A stretch of 64,000 nt of DNA from an uncultured Gammaproteobacteria bacterium (GTDB taxonomy: Bacteria > Patescibacteriota > Patescibacteriia > SG8-24): assembly GCA_964486995.1 (NCBI GenBank), contig CAZAOV010000002.1, forward strand, positions 26,559 to 90,558, given 5' to 3'. The notes below the pieces were generated by a model, which did not search any database, was not told the DNA's origin, and saw only the letters and a list, made by a program, of their open reading frames with translations. The position numbers and the translations under genes are program-made. Positions 58,076 through 64,000 of the stretch are shown here, piece after piece. Position 1 is the first letter of the stretch; each line of letters starts with the position of its first letter.

Positions 58076-59443
58076 ATGAGAACCGCTACTCAGATATTCG
58101 TTTGTTCTAAGTGTGATGCGCAGTCGCCGAAATGGACTGGGCAGTGTTTGGAGTGCGGGGGTTGGGGGACGGTAGCGGCAGCGGCACAACAGGCGAGGGG
58201 CGATGAGTCAGGAGCAGAGAGAGGAGCAATTCAGGCTGCCCCCGCAAAAGTTGAGGCGTTCAGCTCCATCAAGACAGAAACCACTCAACGTTCAGAGATT
58301 GGCATTGATGAAATTGATCGGGTGTTTGGCGGTGGAGTTGTGCCGGGGTCGGTGACGCTGATTGGTGGTGAGCCGGGTATTGGTAAGTCGACGATTTGCC
58401 TGCAGATCGCGGGGCGAGTGGCCATTCAGGGCAAGGTGGTTTACGCGTCGGGTGAAGAATCCGGTTCGCAGGTGAAGGGGCGCGCGCAGCGCATTGGCGC
58501 ACCCGCAGACAACCTGCTGTTTCTCGGTAAGACCGAAGTGGAAACAATTATTGCTACTTTGCATCGCGAAAAACCGCTGCTAGCGGTGATTGATTCGGTG
58601 CAGATGCTGCGCTCAGCCGAGATTCCGGCCGAGACCGGTGCAGTGAGTACTATCCGCGGTGCCACAGCCAAGCTCGTGGCTTATGCCAAGTCGTCAGACA
58701 CCCCCCTGCTGCTGGTCGGACACGTGACCAAAGACGGTAATGTGGCCGGACCAAAAACCTTAGAACACCTGGTTGACGCCGTGTTATCTTTCGAAGGGGA
58801 GCGAACCGGACAGCTGAGATTGCTGCGCGTGCTCAAGAACCGCTACGGCTCCACCGACGAGACCGGACTGTTTGAGATGACCGGTGAAGGGCTCAAAGAA
58901 ATCAAAAATCCTTCTGCTTATATGCTGGATGAGCGCGGCGACGCGGCATCTGGGAATGTTGTTTCGTGCATTTTGGAAGGGACGCGTCCTGTACTGGTCG
59001 ACATTCAGGCTCTAGTCACGAAAACTGCGTTCGGCTATCCGACGCGGCGCGCCTCGGGCATGGATCAATCGCGGTTAGAGATGCTAATCGCAGTGCTGGC
59101 CGCGCGCGGCGGAATCGACCTTAGTCAGCACGATGTTTACGTGAACATCGTCGGCGGATTAAAACTAAAAGATCCGTCAATAGATTTAGCGGTTTTGATG
59201 GCGCTTACTTCAGCTCGCAAAGATGAACCGTTCCGCGACATCGCTGTCTGGGGCGAGGTCGGCTTGGGCGGAGAGGTGCGGCCGGTACCGTCAACCGACC
59301 GCCGTATCACTGAAGCCACCAAACTAGGAATCAAAAAAGCGGTCGCCTCTCTGCCAAGAAAGAAAACCGCCATCAAACTTAGTGATGATATTGAGGTCAA
59401 AGATGTTAGGAATGTTAGAGATGCGTTGGGATTGTTGAAGTAG
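58076..59443 (+). CDS. radA: DNA repair protein RadA/Sms
   Basis: N-terminal C4 zinc finger (CSKCDAQSPKWTGQCLECGGWGT), Walker A GGEPGIGKST, KNRYG motif, and a Lon-like C-terminal domain. Confidence 0.9.
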   Translation: MRTATQIFVCSKCDAQSPKWTGQCLECGGWGTVAAAAQQARGDESGAERGAIQAAPAKVEAFSSIKTETTQRSEIGIDEIDRVFGGGVVPGSVTLIGGEPGIGKSTICLQIAGRVAIQGKVVYASGEESGSQVKGRAQRIGAPADNLLFLGKTEVETIIATLHREKPLLAVIDSVQMLRSAEIPAETGAVSTIRGATAKLVAYAKSSDTPLLLVGHVTKDGNVAGPKTLEHLVDAVLSFEGERTGQLRLLRVLKNRYGSTDETGLFEMTGEGLKEIKNPSAYMLDERGDAASGNVVSCILEGTRPVLVDIQALVTKTAFGYPTRRASGMDQSRLEMLIAVLAARGGIDLSQHDVYVNIVGGLKLKDPSIDLAVLMALTSARKDEPFRDIAVWGEVGLGGEVRPVPSTDRRITEATKLGIKKAVASLPRKKTAIKLSDDIEVKDVRNVRDALGLLK

Positions 59444-59453
59444 TTAATAGCAT

Positions 59454-59541
59454 GGAAGTATAGAAGTATAGCGGGTCGCTCTCAGCTGTTTGAGCGCGCG
59501 AACTTCTGAATATTTCCTGCTAAACCTCTACACATCTACAC
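59454..59541. repeat. family-A palindromic repeat element, copy 5 (divergent core)
   Basis: ggaagtatagaagtatagcgggtcgc ... ctctacacatctacac, between the convergent radA and recG. Confidence 0.55.
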
Positions 59542-59552
59542 AACCAACCCAC

Positions 59553-61646
59553 CTACTCCAAATGCGCTACCTCAATCGAAGACCCCACAAACGCCCGCAA
59601 CGCCGGGCGTTTAGTTAATTCTGGATCGTCAGCAAGCATCTCGGCCGCTACATTCCGCGCATCACGCACTAGTTCCATGTTTACAGCAGATGCCAATTTC
59701 AAATCAGTGACGTGACCTGATTGCTGACTGCCGAGTATGTCACCCGGTCCGCGCATGGCCAAGTCTTTTTCCGCCAACTTGAAACCATCGTTGGTTTCTT
59801 CCATTGCCCTCAGTCGTTCGCGCACCGTCACACCGTAAGTCGACGGAAATAAATAGCAATAAGACTGATGGTCGCTACGCCCGACCCGACCACGAAACTG
59901 GTGAAGCTGTGCCAAACCAAATCTGTCCGCTCCCTCAACGCACATGGCAGTTGCATTGGGCACATCTACCCCCACCTCAATAACCGATGTCGAAACCAAA
60001 ACTTTTATTTCGTCATCTTTAAACCGAGCCATAATTTCTTCCTTTTCAGCCGCGGCTAATCGACCGTGCAACATACCCACTTCGATATTCGGAAATACTT
60101 CTTTCTTCAGTCGCTCATACTCTTCGGCAACCGAAGTGACGCCCAGCATATCGGACGGATCGATGAGCGGACACACTACAAATACCTGTCTCCCCTGCTC
60201 AATCTGTTCGCGAATCGCTTTGTATGCATCCTGACGACCGCGCGGAGACACCACTTTAGTGACAATCGGTTTGCGGCCGCCGGGCTTTTCCTTCAGCAGC
60301 GACAAATCCAAATCGCCGTACATTGCCAGTTCGAGCGAACGCGGAATCGGCGTGGCGGTCATTGATAACAGATGGGGTTCCATTCCGCCGCCTGCACCCT
60401 TACCGCGCAACGACTGCCGCGTACGCACACCAAAACGATGCTGTTCATCAACCACCGCCAAACCCAGAGCGGCAAATTTCACCCCCTTCTCAACTAGCGC
60501 ATGCGTGCCGATCACCACATCCGCCTGTCCAGCTTCGACCATGTTTCCAAGCTGTTCGCGCTTGGCCTTACCTTTATGTTCCTCATCTCTGCCACCAATA
60601 AACGCACGACGATAGGCATTGGTCCACAATACCAACGAGGGCCCTTTCGGTCCGATTAGCTTACATAACGTTCGGTAATGCTGTAGTGCCAATATTTCGG
60701 TCGGCGCCATTATCGCGGTCTGGTAATCAGAGGCCGCTAGATTAACTGCCAACACCGCCGCCACTGCGGTTTTACCGCTACCCACGTCACCGTTCAATAA
60801 ACGATTCATGGGCACGCCACGCTCCATGTCCCGAATTGCCTCCCATGAAGTTCGCCGCTGGTCGTCGGTCAATTTAAACGGCAATGATTCGATAAATGAA
60901 GTTACGGCCGCTCTATCGAATTTAATCGTCGAAGCTTTGGCCTGCCGGCGATACAGCTTAGTGCGCCCCATGGCAATTTGCACACGCAATAATTCATCAA
61001 ATACCAACCGTCGACGGGCCTCTTCAGCCTCCTCTACCGTCTCGGGAAAGTGAATCGACTGTAGGGCCTGTGGCAATGACATCAAGCCCAAATTATCCAA
61101 AATATCGGTATCTAAATGATCAGGTACGGATTCCAACGACTGCAACAATTTACTTATGAATTTTCGTAAAGAAAACTGCGTCACCCCAGCGGACAAAGGA
61201 TACACCGGCATCATATCGCGCACATTATTCTCGGCACCGCTCGCCATATCGTAAATCGGATTTGAAAGCCGCAGGCCATACTTGCTTCGTGTCACTTTGC
61301 CTGCGAACTTGTATGTCTCCCCCACCTTGAGGTAACGCGATAGGTACGGCTGATTGAACCAAATCGCCGTAATCGTTCCATGACCATCGGTGATTTCAGC
61401 TTCAGAAATGGTCATCCGCCGCCGCCGAAACGCCCGCCGACTCTTGATGCTCTGCACCTGAGCTACCACACTCACATCCATCCCCGCATCCAACGACATG
61501 ATGGAAGAGCTCTCAGCAAAATTCTCATACCGAAACGGCCAATGATAAACCAGGTCACGAATCGTGACGATATCCATGGCGGCGAGCGCTTCTTTCTGTT
61601 TTTTAGTAATACCCGGCAGGGCGCTAATTGGCTGTTCTGGCTGCAT
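59553..61646 (-). CDS. recG: ATP-dependent DNA helicase RecG
   Basis: Wedge domain followed by helicase motifs (GDVGSGKTAVA, DEQHRFG, TATPIPRS). Confidence 0.9.
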   Translation of the reverse strand: MQPEQPISALPGITKKQKEALAAMDIVTIRDLVYHWPFRYENFAESSSIMSLDAGMDVSVVAQVQSIKSRRAFRRRRMTISEAEITDGHGTITAIWFNQPYLSRYLKVGETYKFAGKVTRSKYGLRLSNPIYDMASGAENNVRDMMPVYPLSAGVTQFSLRKFISKLLQSLESVPDHLDTDILDNLGLMSLPQALQSIHFPETVEEAEEARRRLVFDELLRVQIAMGRTKLYRRQAKASTIKFDRAAVTSFIESLPFKLTDDQRRTSWEAIRDMERGVPMNRLLNGDVGSGKTAVAAVLAVNLAASDYQTAIMAPTEILALQHYRTLCKLIGPKGPSLVLWTNAYRRAFIGGRDEEHKGKAKREQLGNMVEAGQADVVIGTHALVEKGVKFAALGLAVVDEQHRFGVRTRQSLRGKGAGGGMEPHLLSMTATPIPRSLELAMYGDLDLSLLKEKPGGRKPIVTKVVSPRGRQDAYKAIREQIEQGRQVFVVCPLIDPSDMLGVTSVAEEYERLKKEVFPNIEVGMLHGRLAAAEKEEIMARFKDDEIKVLVSTSVIEVGVDVPNATAMCVEGADRFGLAQLHQFRGRVGRSDHQSYCYLFPSTYGVTVRERLRAMEETNDGFKLAEKDLAMRGPGDILGSQQSGHVTDLKLASAVNMELVRDARNVAAEMLADDPELTKRPALRAFVGSSIEVAHLE

Positions 61647-61802
61647 ACAGGGTTACAATAGATAAAAAGATGGCGAGATGCAAAGCTCGCAAAGAGGCGA
61701 CACCGGTAATGTGCCGGCATTTCATGGCTGTGACACGTGAATCCCGGCGGCCGTGCTTCCTGAGCCTCGTAAGGTTCGCTCACTCGGCATCGCTCACCAT
61801 GT

Positions 61803-61838
61803 CGCCACGTAAAAATCCCAGACGAGCTGGGATTTTTA
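61803..61838. terminator. perfect palindromic terminator hairpin (cgccacgtaaaaatccca-gacgagc-tgggatttttacgtggcg)
   Basis: 18-bp perfect stem immediately 3' of the tRNA-Arg on the minus strand. Confidence 0.55.
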
Positions 61839-61840
61839 CG

Positions 61841-61916
61841 TGGCGTACCCGGGACGATTTGAACGTCCGACCTCTTCCTCCGCAGGGAAGCGCTCTATCC
61901 ACTGAGCTACGGGTAC
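61841..61916 (-). tRNA. tRNA-Arg (anticodon GCG)
   Basis: 76-nt cloverleaf folded by hand: 7-bp acceptor stem, D arm GCTC/GAGC with A20, anticodon stem CTTCC/GGAAG with loop CTGCGGA, T arm GGACG-TTCAAAT-CGTCC, and an encoded CCA. Confidence 0.75.
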
Positions 61917-62106
61917 AGGGTGGTATTTTATTTTAAAAACGGTAGCTCGGATACATATTTTGTTGGCTAACCGCCCTGCAAAATGAATGTCCTCGCCTGG
62001 GTTATGTATTGGTGCGACTGCCGAACTCCGATCTTCAGAGGGACGATTATCTATAAAGGCAGAGCTGGGCTCTGCCAATACGACTCACAATATTAGCAGA
62101 TTCTTT

Positions 62107-62601
62107 CTAAAGTTTCAAGATGCGCCCGAGAAAATCCATAAAGGGCTCTTCATTCTCCTCAAAATCCTCCGGTAAGTACTGCCCCAACACCCGACGAATT
62201 TGGTTCGGATTCTGATCCATGAGCGGTAACGACAGCAAAGGTCGCGAAACCGCCTTAAAATCAAGATACATATTCTTGACCTCCGGCGGATCATACACGA
62301 ACCAATAGCGCTTAACGTCCCGATAGGGATAAAACTGCTCTCCCACCTTGATGCCGTCCTGCGAAATTTCCACCTGCTGATTCTCTGGCCCCTTGAGAGA
62401 AGTCAGATAAATAACCAGCGCAAACATCAGTATCAGCAGTGCGAATAAAAAGTTAGCAGAAGCCACAGCATAAATCAAGAGACTTATGCCAATCAAAATC
62501 ATAATCGCATACCAAGCCCGCCCACGACGATAGCGGTCGCTTTCATCAATCTCCCAAGTAATCACGATATCCGACTCGTTGGAGCTTTGATTGTCCAGCA
62601 T
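62107..62601 (-). CDS. hypothetical membrane protein (two TM helices)
   Basis: Hydrophobic pair AWYAIMILIGISLLIYAVASANFLFALLILMFALVIYL with soluble flanks. Confidence 0.5.
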   Translation of the reverse strand: MLDNQSSNESDIVITWEIDESDRYRRGRAWYAIMILIGISLLIYAVASANFLFALLILMFALVIYLTSLKGPENQQVEISQDGIKVGEQFYPYRDVKRYWFVYDPPEVKNMYLDFKAVSRPLLSLPLMDQNPNQIRRVLGQYLPEDFEENEEPFMDFLGRILKL

Positions 62602-62714
62602 AAAAATTGGGATTATTTGTTATTCATATTTTAGCGTAAAATGGCCTGTTAAGCCAGCAAAACCTGAAGTTCGACGTTCGGTTGCGTCATTCGTGTGAGA
62701 CGAACCGTTCATTT

Positions 62715-62795
62715 ATCGGGCATCTGCAGGACTTGCCCCTGCCCTGCGGCAGAAACACGCCGCTCGATTCTATGGGCAGAGGCAAGCCCTGTAGC
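62715..62795. repeat. family-B palindromic repeat element, copy 5
   Basis: Arms ctgcaggacttgcccctgccc and gggcagaggcaagccctgtag, in a divergent promoter region. Confidence 0.6.
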
Positions 62796-62903
62796 CACAC
62801 TTTCTGCGGTCATGCCCCACCAACCCAGAGTGTCGCCGCACCTAAAAAACTTTGACAGAAGCTCTAACTAGGCGTAATTAGAAAATATAGAAAAGAAGGT
62901 GCC

Positions 62904-63557
62904 ATGTCTATTGACCGAGCTAAGGTGAATCATGTCCTTTTAAGCGAATCCAGACCGGAAATTGCCGAACGGGTGATGTCGGTATTGGAACCGTTTTTGA
63001 CTAAAGCCGAGACCGACGTGTTTCGACTAGACGGTCGGCATGCCGTGACCGACGCGGAAATCGGGGGAGCGGTGGTTGCGGCCACAGGTCAGACAGTTAG
63101 ACATGTGGCTCGCATCTCCCTGTCCGAAGGCCCGTTCTCCAAGCCGCGCTTCATGACCCTGGATTTCTATCGCAAGTGCTTGCATGCGTTTCTGCAGGAA
63201 AACGTGGACCTACGCCTTCAGACCGCCCTGCATAATATGCACAACAAATATCTAAAGGAGATGGGTCTGCTGTTTGTGACCGAGCAGGCCGTGCATGAAT
63301 TGTTCGGAGAACGCATTCGGATTGGTCTAAAGAGGGCAATGCGCGCATCAGAACTGCACGAAAAGCAGTGGGAAGATTCCTGGAAGGAAGCTTACCGCGC
63401 AATTCGATCGGTGCTGGTGTGCTATATCGCCTATGCACGAATGAACGATACCGAACACATGGATGAATTGGAGCCGCTGACGAGCATCATTCATCGTGTC
63501 GTGCCTTACGCCTGCAAGAAATTCGAATACGAAACGCGCATCGTATTCGTGGCTTAA
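62904..63557 (+). CDS. hypothetical protein
   Basis: 217-aa ORF. A hairpin terminator at 63621-63655 is shared with the tRNA-Ser. Confidence 0.5.
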   Translation: MSIDRAKVNHVLLSESRPEIAERVMSVLEPFLTKAETDVFRLDGRHAVTDAEIGGAVVAATGQTVRHVARISLSEGPFSKPRFMTLDFYRKCLHAFLQENVDLRLQTALHNMHNKYLKEMGLLFVTEQAVHELFGERIRIGLKRAMRASELHEKQWEDSWKEAYRAIRSVLVCYIAYARMNDTEHMDELEPLTSIIHRVVPYACKKFEYETRIVFVA

Positions 63558-63661
63558 TTCTAATTCCTCGCATACGCGAGGAATTTTTTGTTGTACTGAT
63601 TTATTCTAGGTGGCTAGCTTGGCTATTATTCAAAAAACATGCCTGAAGGCATGTTTTCTGC

Positions 63662-63750
63662 TGGCGGAGGGTGTGGGAGTCGAACCCACAAGACCATTTT
63701 CACGGTCACAGTTTAGCAAACTGGTGCCTTACCATTCGGCGCAACCCTCC
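63662..63750 (-). tRNA. tRNA-Ser (anticodon GCU)
   Basis: 89-nt class II tRNA: acceptor GGAGGGT/ACCCTCC, anticodon loop TTGCTAA, long variable arm GACC-GTGAAAAT-GGTC, T arm GTGGG-TTCGACT-CCCAC, and an encoded CCA. Confidence 0.75.
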
Positions 63751-63845
63751 ACGCACGGTGATATATTAGCTGAAAGTAGATGATTTGTGAAGGGCTTGAC
63801 TAAACACCATGTCCATGGTCAAATTGACCGTACAATGGAGGTATA

Positions 63846-64000
63846 ATGGGACACTCATGGCGCGAAATGGATCCACAGGGTGCGCTCCGGCACGATGAAC
63901 TTTACGAACGGCGGACAAAAATTCTGCGACGACTTGAGGGCGTATCACTGTCCGCGTTCCAGGCGACTGATTTGCCGGCGCTGCTGCTCATCGTGCCGGG
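63846..64000 (+). CDS. hypothetical protein, 3' end truncated by the window edge
   Basis: The ORF starting MGHSWREMDPQ runs off the end of the window. Confidence 0.3.
   Translation, partial: MGHSWREMDPQGALRHDELYERRTKILRRLEGVSLSAFQATDLPALLLIVP

Noticed and set aside
1-64000. rRNA genes, prophage modules and CRISPR-Cas
   Set aside because: No rRNA-like conserved stretches, no phage structural or integrase genes, and no regularly spaced repeat-spacer arrays were seen in either strand.

Overview
This 64 kb window appears to be a bacterial chromosomal segment of moderate GC (about 52-55% by eye). Strong Shine-Dalgarno sites are common and it carries many lineage-specific hypothetical genes. The following calls rest on recognised motifs.

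Housekeeping core:
- DnaE: PHP domain at the N-terminus, 1159 aa.
- PheS and PheT.
- RseP-like M50 site-2 protease (HExxH).
- MurI.
- Phosphomannomutase/phosphoglucomutase (TASHNP motif).
- LemA.
- HtpX (HExxH).
- A ClpC-like double AAA+ chaperone.
- RadA and RecG.
- Cytidine deaminase (HAE and PCxxC motifs).
- SanA/DUF218.
- tRNA-Arg(GCG) and tRNA-Ser(GCU), both on the minus strand.
- No rRNA and no CRISPR array.

Accessory and unusual content:
1. A tandem array at 53.0-57.8 kb of paralogous secreted proteins. Each combines an N-terminal Cys-rich module, a VirB2/TrbC-like double-transmembrane hairpin, and a C-terminal NlpC/P60-CHAP-like cysteine-peptidase domain. The first copy is split into two genes and the next two are fused. 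A DsbA-like oxidoreductase and a TolB-like beta-propeller lie immediately upstream.
2. A roughly 10 kb island at 20.2-30.0 kb bounded by two paralogous ABC exporters. It holds seven small secreted, lipoprotein or membrane genes, two full paralogs plus one decayed fragment of an unknown cytoplasmic family, and a pair of 37-bp inverted palindromic repeats flanking the first exporter.
3. Two families of dispersed intergenic palindromic repeat elements, five copies each.
4. An IS1-family single-ORF transposase whose GC (about 68-70%) is far above the surrounding DNA. It sits next to a cluster of six DnaA boxes plus an AT-rich tract, which is a candidate oriC.
5. A 723-aa protein with a PI3/PI4-kinase/HipA-like D-x-H-x-x-N catalytic-loop motif.
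6. A GT2 plus two GT-C (PMT/ArnT-like) glycosylation module.
7. Two tandem small membrane peptides with strong RBSs.

All family assignments come from motif recognition by eye and need HMM or BLAST confirmation.
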